Source: a candidate division WOR-3 bacterium
GTDB taxonomy: Bacteria > Hydrothermota > Tepidihabitantia > SM23-42 > CAYGYG01
Assembly (NCBI GenBank): GCA_965648915.1
Contig: CBFGIV010000020.1
Span: 1-39,225 of the forward strand
Reading direction: 5' to 3'
Length of the DNA: 39,225 bases
Position 1 is the stretch's first letter, and each line of letters begins with the position of its first letter. Of this stretch, positions 18,561 to 27,860 are shown piece after piece. A program made the translations under genes and the position numbers. The notes below the pieces were generated by a model that had not been told where the DNA came from, did not search any database, and was given only the letters and a program-made list of their open reading frames with translations.

Positions 18561-20936
18561 ATGGTAAGAGTAAAACTGCGTGCGATTCAGACAGTACTTG
18601 AAGATGAAAGCCATTATGCTCAGATCCTGAATGATAAATTTATTAAATCTAAGGGTTATAAAGAATTGATCAATTCCCTGGAAACGGCCCTGAAGTTATC
18701 GGGTCTTTCAACCAGGATTCTTGAACCTTTTAAGCAAATGAACGGCTGTTACTTGAACCTCCCGTATACGGTCACGGAAAATACGATAAGTGCATTAACC
18801 GAAGATCGGAGATTGACGATACCTCTGTTTATTGCACTCAATAAATTAAAACTTTACGACCTAACTGATCTTGGGCCCTTGAAGAATGCAGTTGATGAAC
18901 CGTTGATCCAAATTTTCCGAAAATTCCGACAATTGAATATTTCTCCGGATAAATTCGAGATTGATGATTTTAAGCAAAAATTAGAGTCATACAAATTATC
19001 CCCCCTTTTGTTTAAGATGGTCCATATCTCTTTACTCTCAGCCCGGTGCGAATATCTCCTGCCCAACCTTCTGAAAGAGATTGAACATAAGACATTCAAA
19101 AAGGTCAAAGATTTACTCGATTTACCGATTATCTACTTAAAATATGTCTCAGATACTTCAATTATGAAGATTGTGCGAGGTGTTCTTAATCGTCTGGAGG
19201 AGACCGAAAGACTGGCATCGGACGAAGTCAAGGAACTGGATATGTTTTCGACAAGGGTAAAAGAGCAACTCAAAAACCTCTATAGTGAAACAATTAAAGA
19301 ACTTCGAGAATCGATTATGGATGAGATTGGGCTGACCAGCAGTCAGGAGATTCTTCTGCGGATAAGTGCTCTTTTTACTCGACTCCAGCGTATGCTGCTT
19401 GGCCACCTTTTCCATATAAATGACTATCTGGAGCGCAAAAAAAGAAACGAGATCTTGATGGGAGATATTGTTAAACTACGAACCGTCACTCCTGCGGAAT
19501 TTCGCAAAATGTTTCCGCTGCGTTCAATAAATATCAACTTTCCTGAGATATACGATGAGATGGTTTTTTTCCTGAGTCAAGGTGAACTGAATCGAGACGA
19601 ATGGAAGTTTTTTGGCGAAGCGTTTTTGAAGAATTTAGAAGTTCATTTTAAGAAAGCAAAAGAGAATCAGTCCCTGCGTGGCGAACTGGCCGTGCTCAGT
19701 GTCTATGAAAAACGGGGCGTCTTCGGTGGAGATATTAATTTTGAACTTCTTTACCGGAACTATTTAGACTTTTTTCATAAAGAGATCAATCCGCTGATCC
19801 TGGTGAGTAAAATTTACGATCTGGTTGAAATCTGGCCCCCACGCGAGAGTCAGAAACGGAAACACAAAATCAGTGACCTGGTAAATTTTGGTGCAATGAT
19901 CTTACCAAAGAGCGGGATTCTTTTACCATCCAACGGGGATAAGAAGCCCGAGGTAGATAATCGGGAAGTAATTTCTAAGTTTCTTCGTAATTATTATCGG
20001 ACGGTTTCGGTCTTATGCTATGATATCAGGGGTTCCAGTTATATGGGTGCGAGATTGCAGAATGCGGAAAAGGAGCGGAAGATAAAGTATAAATTCAGTC
20101 TTGAGATGAGTAATATTGTGCGCCAGTTTGGTGGATTTCTTCTGAAGGACACTGGCGACGGTGGTATTGCATGGTTTGGGGAAAATTCCAAGGCACTCTA
20201 TGAAAGGTCTTACACCGAGGCGACAACCGGTAAAGGCTTTAAGTTGCGCTATTCGATATTTTCGGGAGGAGAATTCGAGTTACTGCCATCAGAGGACAGC
20301 GCTAAGCGGGCAATCCTGTGCGCTTTGGAAATGGTAAAGAAGGCCGAGGAGTTTATCAAGGCAAATTTTGTCCATTATCGTGAATGGTTTGGTGAATTGA
20401 AAGAGCGTGAAGTTAAAGTAGAAGGCATCACTTATGCATTATTACCCCCGGCTTTCAGAAGCCTTTTCCGGATCGGGGTTGGTATCGCTTCGGGAATGGC
20501 CGGACGTGATCTCGTTTTTGGATTAAATTCATTTGGTGACCCAGATCTGGTTGGGCCGCTCCTCTCGGACGCCAATTTCTTTTCGATGGGGAAAGAACCG
20601 ACTCGCTCAGTGATTATTACCGACTTTAAATCAATTATCAACCTTGTGGCCAATATTGAACATTTTGATATTATCCCAATCAAAGGTGAGCAGGACTTTA
20701 TTGCCCTCACCGATATGTTGACCCGGATGCGCAATGACGATCGAGGTTATATCTTTAATGATCTACTCTTTTCGATAAAGAAACTGGGAGTCTATCATCT
20801 AACCAGTGAAAAAGAGCGTTCGGTTGTTTATGAACTACCCCAGTATTTCCAGATCGATGAGAATGGAACCTTGTTTGATGAGGAAGGGAATAAGTTAACC
20901 TTATTATTTGAAGTCATACCCAGTGAAATAAAATGA
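18561..20936 (+). CDS. Large helical protein with C-terminal divergent class III cyclase-like domain (paralog B)
   Basis: VSVLCYDIRGSS, FGG.LLKDTGDG, IGVGIASG, DLVG; clearly alignable to the preceding gene over the C-terminal ~300 aa. Confidence 0.72.
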   Translation: MVRVKLRAIQTVLEDESHYAQILNDKFIKSKGYKELINSLETALKLSGLSTRILEPFKQMNGCYLNLPYTVTENTISALTEDRRLTIPLFIALNKLKLYDLTDLGPLKNAVDEPLIQIFRKFRQLNISPDKFEIDDFKQKLESYKLSPLLFKMVHISLLSARCEYLLPNLLKEIEHKTFKKVKDLLDLPIIYLKYVSDTSIMKIVRGVLNRLEETERLASDEVKELDMFSTRVKEQLKNLYSETIKELRESIMDEIGLTSSQEILLRISALFTRLQRMLLGHLFHINDYLERKKRNEILMGDIVKLRTVTPAEFRKMFPLRSININFPEIYDEMVFFLSQGELNRDEWKFFGEAFLKNLEVHFKKAKENQSLRGELAVLSVYEKRGVFGGDINFELLYRNYLDFFHKEINPLILVSKIYDLVEIWPPRESQKRKHKISDLVNFGAMILPKSGILLPSNGDKKPEVDNREVISKFLRNYYRTVSVLCYDIRGSSYMGARLQNAEKERKIKYKFSLEMSNIVRQFGGFLLKDTGDGGIAWFGENSKALYERSYTEATTGKGFKLRYSIFSGGEFELLPSEDSAKRAILCALEMVKKAEEFIKANFVHYREWFGELKEREVKVEGITYALLPPAFRSLFRIGVGIASGMAGRDLVFGLNSFGDPDLVGPLLSDANFFSMGKEPTRSVIITDFKSIINLVANIEHFDIIPIKGEQDFIALTDMLTRMRNDDRGYIFNDLLFSIKKLGVYHLTSEKERSVVYELPQYFQIDENGTLFDEEGNKLTLLFEVIPSEIK

Positions 20937-22348
20937 GTAATATTCTGGTATATGATGAGGACCGTTTGCGGGGTGTAACCCTGGCCCGCATCCTTTCGGA
21001 TTGTGCCCTTGGTGCCCGGATTGTCTTTGAGAAAGAAGATGTTATTAAAGAACTCAAGTCAGCAACTTACGATCTTATCATCATCGATGAATCTTTCCTG
21101 GGTGGAAGAATTGAGAATATCTCGGCAATAAGAAACTTTGATGGCGCGGTTCCCATTATTGTTATTGGTGATTCAGTCGATCAGGAGATGTTTTTTAAAT
21201 CGTTCGATTATAAAATCTCAAGTCTGCTCAAACGACCTTTCAAGCGTGAGATCCTGATCGATAAGGTTAAAAAAGCACTACGCGAGCGGGAATTATATTT
21301 AGAAAATCTCAAGACCGTTGCCCAGTTACGACAGCGGGTGAATGAATTGAAGGTACTCAATGAAATTGCCAAGGCGTTGAATTCGAGCCTCGACCCCAAG
21401 GAGATATTCAACATCATCATTAAGAAGACCGCCGATCTGGTCAAGGCTGAGGCCTGGTCGGTATTACTGGTTGATGAGAACACCGGTGAGCTTGTTTTTG
21501 AAGCGGCGGCAGGTGAGGCGGCCGATAGATTGAAGGGTATGAGGATTAAGATCGGTCAGGGGGTAGCGGGCTGGGTTGCCCAGCGTGGTATCCCATTGAT
21601 TGTACCAGATGTCTCGAAAGATCCGCGTTTCTTCCCAGGAATTGACCGGCAGACCAAATTCAAGACCAAATCGATTCTGTGTGTCCCGCTCAAGAGCCGG
21701 GAAAAAGTTATCGGTATCGTGGAGGTCATAAATAAGATCGGTGCCGAAAATTTTGATCAGGATGATTTAAATATCTTCGAGACGATGATTGAACACGCTA
21801 CCATTGCTCTCCAGAATGCCTCACTCTATCGTCAGATTGAGCATATGACGGTGATTGATGATTTGACCAAACTCTATAATGCCCGTTTTTGCAACCTGTA
21901 TCTTGATCGTCTTTTTATCCAGAAAGGGGATGCAAATCAGCCGATATCTCTGATCTTTCTCGATATTGATCACTTTAAATATGTTAACGATAACTTCGGC
22001 CACCTGGTTGGCAGCGAAACCCTCAAGGTCGTTGGTGACCGCATTAGAAATTCGATTCGAAAAGATGATGTCTGTATCAGATTTGGGGGAGATGAGTATA
22101 TTGTTATTCTCCCCCGGACCACCAAGAAGGCGGCACTGGTCATCGCCGAGACAATAAGACAGGAGATATGTAAGAAAGAGTTTTTCGCAACCGATAAGAA
22201 AACCTTCAATCTGACCATAACTCTGGGCCTGGCTACTTATCCTGAGGATGCGAGAGACAAACAGGAATTGATCAGAATGGCCGATCAGGCGATGTATGAG
22301 GGAAAGGAGACGGGTAGGAATAAAGTGGTTGTTGCGAGCCGGAAGTAG
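20933..22348 (+). CDS. Diguanylate cyclase, REC-GAF-GGDEF architecture
   Basis: REC-like N-terminus (ILVYDED...DLIIID), GAF (GQGVAGWVA...SILCVPL...VIGIVEVINK), D.LT.LYN, DIDHFK.VND.FGH, RFGGDEY with RxxD I-site (RKDD), ADQAMY..K..GRN. Confidence 0.93.
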   Translation: MSNILVYDEDRLRGVTLARILSDCALGARIVFEKEDVIKELKSATYDLIIIDESFLGGRIENISAIRNFDGAVPIIVIGDSVDQEMFFKSFDYKISSLLKRPFKREILIDKVKKALRERELYLENLKTVAQLRQRVNELKVLNEIAKALNSSLDPKEIFNIIIKKTADLVKAEAWSVLLVDENTGELVFEAAAGEAADRLKGMRIKIGQGVAGWVAQRGIPLIVPDVSKDPRFFPGIDRQTKFKTKSILCVPLKSREKVIGIVEVINKIGAENFDQDDLNIFETMIEHATIALQNASLYRQIEHMTVIDDLTKLYNARFCNLYLDRLFIQKGDANQPISLIFLDIDHFKYVNDNFGHLVGSETLKVVGDRIRNSIRKDDVCIRFGGDEYIVILPRTTKKAALVIAETIRQEICKKEFFATDKKTFNLTITLGLATYPEDARDKQELIRMADQAMYEGKETGRNKVVVASRK

Positions 22349-22379
22349 TGATACTCGGCCGATCCGGCCAACGAAGTAG

Positions 22380-23339
22380 ATGAACTATTTTTTCTTATTT
22401 ATTCTTTTTTTAGATCACCCAATAAATCGTTTCAGCAGTGAAGAATATTATCGAACTCCTGAGTCGGGTTATCTTAATATCGGCGGCTGGCGCAATCGAG
22501 GTGTTGGCGATATTGATACCTCCTTTTCTGCCTGGGTGGAGGTTGGTTTTGATTCGGCCGATCTCCGCCTCTATGCCGGGGAAGTCTATCTTGATGATCA
22601 ATTGATTCCCTGGGTTGTTGCCGAGCGGAGATATCGATTGACCAGTCAAGATGGCTTCGTTTACCAACCCAACCATCAATATACCCTGCGTGTTAACGGA
22701 TCTCCCGAAGTGCCACCTTTTTCGGTTAATGTACGCTCGCTGCGGAGTGATTTTTCGATTACGACACCAAAACCCGGCTCCCGGGTGATCAATCTGAAAG
22801 ATCTCAGGATTGCCTGGCAACCAACAGGGGAGAGTGTTTTTGTTGATCTTATTGATAGCGTGGGTTATCATCTTAACTATCGGGGCATCGACACCGGAAC
22901 GATTCAATTTTCTGCCTCCCGGGTCGAGTCGCTCAAGGCTGGCAGTCTTTATCTGAGTGTCGAACACGATACAGGATATGAAATTTTGGTAAATTTCAGT
23001 CTATGTTTTTACTCGTGCTTCGGAGAGGGCATTACCTGTGAACTTGTAGATCCATTAGGAAGCAGGAGACCATCGATTTTTGTATTCCCCAATCCAGTCC
23101 GGGATCGGTTCGAAATTCTCTTCCGTCCGGGCGAGAATGGGTTGCTTGAACTCAATCTCTATGATATCTGCGGTGTGAAGCAGGCCTGTCTCTTTAAGGA
23201 AAAAGTAATGCTTGGTGATCACAGGATTGTCTTGAGACTGAGTGACCGAAGTAATCAGATGCTTGCCCCGGGTATCTATTTCTTGCACCTGAAAGGAGAG
23301 AAGAGCCAATGCTTTATTAAATTTGTTGTGATGCATTGA
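22380..23339 (+). CDS. Hypothetical secreted protein with C-terminal T9SS/FlgD-like sorting domain
   Basis: Short hydrophobic N-terminus, beta-rich body, tail VFPNPVR...LYDICG...PGIYFLHL...KFVV. Confidence 0.7.
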   Translation: MNYFFLFILFLDHPINRFSSEEYYRTPESGYLNIGGWRNRGVGDIDTSFSAWVEVGFDSADLRLYAGEVYLDDQLIPWVVAERRYRLTSQDGFVYQPNHQYTLRVNGSPEVPPFSVNVRSLRSDFSITTPKPGSRVINLKDLRIAWQPTGESVFVDLIDSVGYHLNYRGIDTGTIQFSASRVESLKAGSLYLSVEHDTGYEILVNFSLCFYSCFGEGITCELVDPLGSRRPSIFVFPNPVRDRFEILFRPGENGLLELNLYDICGVKQACLFKEKVMLGDHRIVLRLSDRSNQMLAPGIYFLHLKGEKSQCFIKFVVMH

Positions 23340-23384
23340 GTATTACTGAAAATTGATTTTAAGAAAAAAACATAGAAAAAATGC

Positions 23385-23412
23385 TTGCCATTTGCCCAAA
23401 ACCGATTAAAAT
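23385..23412 (+). promoter_or_regulatory. Putative sigma70 promoter of the acyl-CoA dehydrogenase/etf operon
   Basis: TTGCCA (23385-23390), 16 nt, TAAAAT (23407-23412), A-rich upstream tract; strong TAAGGAGGT SD before ATG 23535. Confidence 0.5.
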
Positions 23413-23534
23413 AAAAGAAAGGGTCTGGTGATATTTTGTTATACTTTCTTTATCGGTCAATCTTACTACATTGCTAAACTTGAGAAAAATATAATTTTGG
23501 TTGCGCAGCGAGATTGATTTTTTAAGGAGGTAAA

Positions 23535-24677
23535 ATGGATTTTGAATTAACCCCAGATCAGAAGTTGTTGCAGGATACTGTTCGTAAATTTGCCGAAAAA
23601 GAATTGAAGGAACGGGCGGTGGAGATCGATAAGTCTCAAAAATTTCCCTGGACCAGTATAAAGAAGATGGCAGAATTGGGTTTTATGGGAGTTATTGTCC
23701 CTGAAGCCTATGGTGGTGCCGGTTTTGATTTTACCAGTCTGGCACTTGTCATCGAAGAAATCTCAAGGGTCTGTGCCACAACCGGGGTCATTACTGCGGT
23801 CAATAATTCACTGGTGGCTTATCCAATTTTAAACTGGGGAAATGAAGAACAGAAGAAGAGATTCCTGCCGCCATTGTGTGACGGTACAACTGTTGGTGCG
23901 TTTGCCCTGACCGAACCGAATGCCGGTTCAGATCCAGCCAGCCTTGAGACATCAGTGCGATTTGAAGGTAATGACTGTATTCTCAACGGCACAAAACGCT
24001 TCATCACCAATGGTGGGGAAGCGGGAATCTTTATTGTCTTTGCAACCCGTGATCGGAGTTTAAGACACAAGGGTATTGTTGCCATCATTGTCGAAAAGGG
24101 GATGCCTGGTTTTAGTGTCGGTAAGCACGAGGATACTATGGGTTTAAGGGCAACGTCCAATTGCGAATTGATCTTTGAGGATTGTAAAGTGCCGAAGGCA
24201 AACATTCTGGGTGATGAAAGTTCCGGGTTTAAGATTGCGATGGGCACAATCGACGTTTCGAGGATTGATATTGCTGCCCAGGCAGTCGGGATTGCACAGG
24301 GGGCGCTGGATGAGGCAATAAAATATTCAAAAGAGAGAAAACAGTTTGGACAACCGATATGTGAATTTCAGATGATTCAGAGTATGCTGGCCGAGATGAC
24401 CTGCCAGATTCAGGCGGCACGGCTACTGGTCTACTATGCAGCATCGCTCAAGGACAAGGGCATAGCCCGGTTTTCTAAGGAGTCAGCAATTGCCAAATTA
24501 TTTGCCTCAGATATTGCGATTAACTGCGTCCGGCGGGCGGTGCAGATCCACGGTGGTTATGGTTTCTCAAGGGATTATCCGGTGGAAAGGATGTATCGCG
24601 ACGCTAAGGTGATGGAGATCTATGAAGGGACTTCAGAGATTCAGAAGATTGTAATCGCCCGGGAATTATTAAAGTGA
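23535..24677 (+). CDS. Acyl-CoA dehydrogenase (short-chain/butyryl-CoA dehydrogenase-like)
   Basis: FALTEPNAGSD, NGTKRFITNG, R.QFG.PI, QIHGGYG, YRDAK..EIYEGTSEIQ. Confidence 0.95.
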   Translation: MDFELTPDQKLLQDTVRKFAEKELKERAVEIDKSQKFPWTSIKKMAELGFMGVIVPEAYGGAGFDFTSLALVIEEISRVCATTGVITAVNNSLVAYPILNWGNEEQKKRFLPPLCDGTTVGAFALTEPNAGSDPASLETSVRFEGNDCILNGTKRFITNGGEAGIFIVFATRDRSLRHKGIVAIIVEKGMPGFSVGKHEDTMGLRATSNCELIFEDCKVPKANILGDESSGFKIAMGTIDVSRIDIAAQAVGIAQGALDEAIKYSKERKQFGQPICEFQMIQSMLAEMTCQIQAARLLVYYAASLKDKGIARFSKESAIAKLFASDIAINCVRRAVQIHGGYGFSRDYPVERMYRDAKVMEIYEGTSEIQKIVIARELLK

Positions 24678-24715
24678 CTTTTTGAAGTTTGAGCATTTAT
24701 TACGAAGGAGGTCTT

Positions 24716-25507
24716 TTGGAGATCATTGTCTGCATTAAAAGAGTCCCGGAGACAGCCGAGGCTGAATTAAAGATTGCTCCGAACCAGAAAGAGATCATCA
24801 AGGAAAATTTGATGTTTGATATTAATGAAGCGGACAATTACGCACTGGAAGAGGCCCTCTTACTCAAAGAAAAGTTCGGTGGTAGTGTAACTCTGATTAC
24901 GGTCGGTCCGGACAAGGCTGATGAGGTGCTCAGAATGGGTCTGGCCAAAGGTGCAGATCGGGCGATTCGCTTGACTGATTCGAAATTCGAATACTCCGAT
25001 GGTTATGCACTTGCCCGCATTATTGTCCAGGCAATCAAAACTTTAAGATACGACCTGATCCTCTGCGGGTGTCAGGCGAGTGATGATGGATATAGCCAGG
25101 TTGGACCGACCATTGCGTCATTACTCGGTATCCCGCATGCCGTATATGTTACCAAACTCGAGATCAATGGTTTAACCGCAAAGGTTAACCGTGAACTCGA
25201 AGGAGGTCTGCTCGAGGTCTTAGAGATATCATTACCTGCGGTGCTGGCGATCCAGACCGGTATCAATGAACCCCGATATGCTTCGATGATTGGCATTAAA
25301 AGGGCAGCGGGAAAAGAGATAAGAGTTGTCGATCTTGGTGGATTGGGACTGAGTGAGGATGATGTAGGTCTTAAGGGTTCATTTATCACCATTGAGAAGT
25401 TATTTGTGCCACCGATTACCCGCAAGGCCGAGTTCCTTACCGGAAGCGGCGATGAGATTGCGACCAAACTGGCGCAGATTATAAAAGAGAAAGGAGTGCT
25501 CGCATGA
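24716..25507 (+). CDS. etfB: Electron transfer flavoprotein beta subunit
   Basis: IIVCIKRVP, D..ALEEAL, GADRA, G.QASD....QVG, NEPRY; TTG start at 24716 after AAGGAGG. Confidence 0.93.
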   Translation: MEIIVCIKRVPETAEAELKIAPNQKEIIKENLMFDINEADNYALEEALLLKEKFGGSVTLITVGPDKADEVLRMGLAKGADRAIRLTDSKFEYSDGYALARIIVQAIKTLRYDLILCGCQASDDGYSQVGPTIASLLGIPHAVYVTKLEINGLTAKVNRELEGGLLEVLEISLPAVLAIQTGINEPRYASMIGIKRAAGKEIRVVDLGGLGLSEDDVGLKGSFITIEKLFVPPITRKAEFLTGSGDEIATKLAQIIKEKGVLA

Positions 25508-26490
25508 CTCGGAATCGAGAGATTCTTATTTTAGTTGAACATCGCCGGAATGAGATTCGAGACATTACTTATGAACTTTTGACCATCGGTCGTGAAATGG
25601 CGGTGAGGACAAAGTGTAGATTGAGCGCAATTGTCCTTCAAGATCAAAATCAAGGATTGGGTGATAAACTGACCAGCTGGGCTGAGACAGTATATTGTGT
25701 TGAAGACAAGATTTTCCATGATTTTAACAGCGTGGTCTATCATCTGGGTTTGAAGAGTTTTATTAAAGAGAGGAAGCCCCTTTTAACAATGATTGGCCAT
25801 ACTGCCTTCGGGGCAGACCTTGCCCCGGCGCTGGCATCGGATCTTAACATACCGATTGCTACTGACTGTATCGGCATCGATCTGGTGGAGGATAATCTAT
25901 CGGTAACGAGGAGTGTTTACGGAGGGAAATTGCACTGCGCCACAAAGGTCAAGCCAGCCGAGAGTTATCTGGTTACAATTCGACCCGCCGCCTTTCCACC
26001 CCAGCCATCAAATCTGGCCGGCCAGGTGGTAAAAGTTTCCATACCTCCGATCGAAGATATCAAATTTCGGCGCTTTCTCGAATATATTGAGGCGGTGGTG
26101 GGCGAAGTTGATATTACCAAATCGGATATCGTCGTCGGTATTGGCCGGGGCATTAAAGAGGCGAAGAATATCCCGATTATCGAGGACCTTGCCCGAACCC
26201 TGGGTGGGGTAGTTGCCTGCTCCCGACCGGTTGTTGATGCAGGATGGTTACCCAAAGAGCGTCAGGTTGGTTCATCCGGCAAGACGATTAAACCCAAACT
26301 TTATATAGCCATCGGCATCAGTGGAGCATTTCAGCATATTGCGGGAATGAAAGGAGCACAGACGATTGTGGCAATTAATAAGGATCCAAATGCACCGATT
26401 TTTGCAGAAGCTCACTATGGAATTGTTGAAGATCTCTTCAAGGTTGTCCCGATTATTAAAGAAAAGATTGCAGCACTAAAGAAAGGTTAG
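25504..26490 (+). CDS. etfA: Electron transfer flavoprotein alpha subunit
   Basis: GRG, SRPVVDAGW, QVGSSGK, PKLYIAIGISGAFQH.AGM, AINKDPNAPIF. Confidence 0.95.
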   Translation: MTRNREILILVEHRRNEIRDITYELLTIGREMAVRTKCRLSAIVLQDQNQGLGDKLTSWAETVYCVEDKIFHDFNSVVYHLGLKSFIKERKPLLTMIGHTAFGADLAPALASDLNIPIATDCIGIDLVEDNLSVTRSVYGGKLHCATKVKPAESYLVTIRPAAFPPQPSNLAGQVVKVSIPPIEDIKFRRFLEYIEAVVGEVDITKSDIVVGIGRGIKEAKNIPIIEDLARTLGGVVACSRPVVDAGWLPKERQVGSSGKTIKPKLYIAIGISGAFQHIAGMKGAQTIVAINKDPNAPIFAEAHYGIVEDLFKVVPIIKEKIAALKKG

Positions 26491-26495
26491 AGAGA

Positions 26496-27857
26496 TTGGT
26501 TAATTATTTAAGGGCGGGCCTGGCTGAATTTCAAGGAGAATATGCTGACCTGAGGTATGAGATCGATCGAATCGTGCAGATTAATGTGCGTGGCAAGGAG
26601 ATCAATTATATCTCAGATAGCACCAAGGATGGTTTTCACCTCCGTTGTCTTGTCGATGGCGGCCTGGCAACCCAGTCCTTTAGTGATCGGCGATATTTAA
26701 AGAAAGCAATCAAACAGGCAACGCGTGCCGCACGTATGGCTGGACGTTATGTCTCCAGTCCGATTCGGTTCAAGGCCGGGCCGGTTGTTAAAGAAAGAGT
26801 TCTCTGTCGACCTCGGGAGGACCCGAGAAAGGTTTCGCTAAATGAAAAACTGAAGCTTCTCCTCCATTATAATCGACTGGTACTGTCGCTGTCTAAGATC
26901 CAATCGACAAATTTTTTCTATCGGGAGTGGGTAAGAACAAAGTATTTTGTGAACAGTCTTGGTTCGGAACTGGAGCAGGAGCAGGTCATTGCTTTTATTT
27001 CAGGTGAAATAATTGCCCGGGATGGTAATACGATTGAGAATGTGCGGGTCGCAGTTGGTGGAGGTGATGATTTTAGCCGGATGCGGAAGCGGGAAGATCA
27101 ATTCGAAGCCAAGGCAAAGATTGCTATCGATCTTCTCAGGGCAGAGCCGGTAGCGGGTGGGGTCTATGAAGTATTACTTAATCCCCATATGGTTGGTGTC
27201 TTCATCCATGAAGCATTTGGCCATTTCAGTGAGGCCGATCTGGTGTATAAAAACCCGGGGCTTTTGAATAAATTACAAATTGGCACGACTATCGGTAGTG
27301 AGGTCTTAACCGTGATTGATGATCCTACCCTATACGGAAGGCCGGGTTACCGGACATACGATGATGAAGGTACTGCCTGCAAAAAAGTATATCTTATCAA
27401 GGACGGACGCCTGCAGGGCCGACTTCATTCAATCGAAACGGCCTTTGCCCTTAATGAGGAACCGAATGGCCATGCGATTGCGGTTGGTTGGGAGTATACG
27501 CCATTGGTCAGGATGGGGAATATATATATTGCACCAGGAGAGATGAGTTTTGAGGAACTCCTGAGCTCAATCGATGATGGTCTATATATATGTGATGCTA
27601 AAGGTGGCTCCACGATGGGTGATCAGTTTGCCTTTGGCGCTCAGTATGGTTATGAGATTAAGAAGGGTAAACTGGGGAAGATGGTCAAAGGGATAAATAT
27701 GTCAGGTAATCTCTTCAGGACATTGAAAGAGGTGAAAGCAGTGGGAAAGGATTTAAATTTCTCTGAGGCCGGTGGCTGTGGTAAGAAGAGCCAGACCAAT
27801 CCCCAGTCCGGTACAGGTGGACCACACACCATTATTAAGAATGTTGTTATCGGGTAG
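26496..27857 (+). CDS. tldD: TldD/PmbA family metalloprotease, catalytic TldD-type subunit
   Basis: HEAFGH..EAD zinc motif, DDEG, RM.N, GGCGK with the conserved Cys ligand; TTG start. Confidence 0.9.
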   Translation: MVNYLRAGLAEFQGEYADLRYEIDRIVQINVRGKEINYISDSTKDGFHLRCLVDGGLATQSFSDRRYLKKAIKQATRAARMAGRYVSSPIRFKAGPVVKERVLCRPREDPRKVSLNEKLKLLLHYNRLVLSLSKIQSTNFFYREWVRTKYFVNSLGSELEQEQVIAFISGEIIARDGNTIENVRVAVGGGDDFSRMRKREDQFEAKAKIAIDLLRAEPVAGGVYEVLLNPHMVGVFIHEAFGHFSEADLVYKNPGLLNKLQIGTTIGSEVLTVIDDPTLYGRPGYRTYDDEGTACKKVYLIKDGRLQGRLHSIETAFALNEEPNGHAIAVGWEYTPLVRMGNIYIAPGEMSFEELLSSIDDGLYICDAKGGSTMGDQFAFGAQYGYEIKKGKLGKMVKGINMSGNLFRTLKEVKAVGKDLNFSEAGGCGKKSQTNPQSGTGGPHTIIKNVVIG

Positions 27858-27860
27858 AAG

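Noticed and set aside
16103..20936. Pycsar or CBASS-type anti-phage system
   Set aside because: No TIR, transmembrane or cyclic-nucleotide-binding effector adjacent; the genes are embedded in a housekeeping-type operon rather than a defence island.
23535..26490. Electron-bifurcating Bcd-Etf complex
   Set aside because: Gene order is compatible, but I cannot distinguish bifurcating from canonical ETF by eye; needs ETF group phylogeny.
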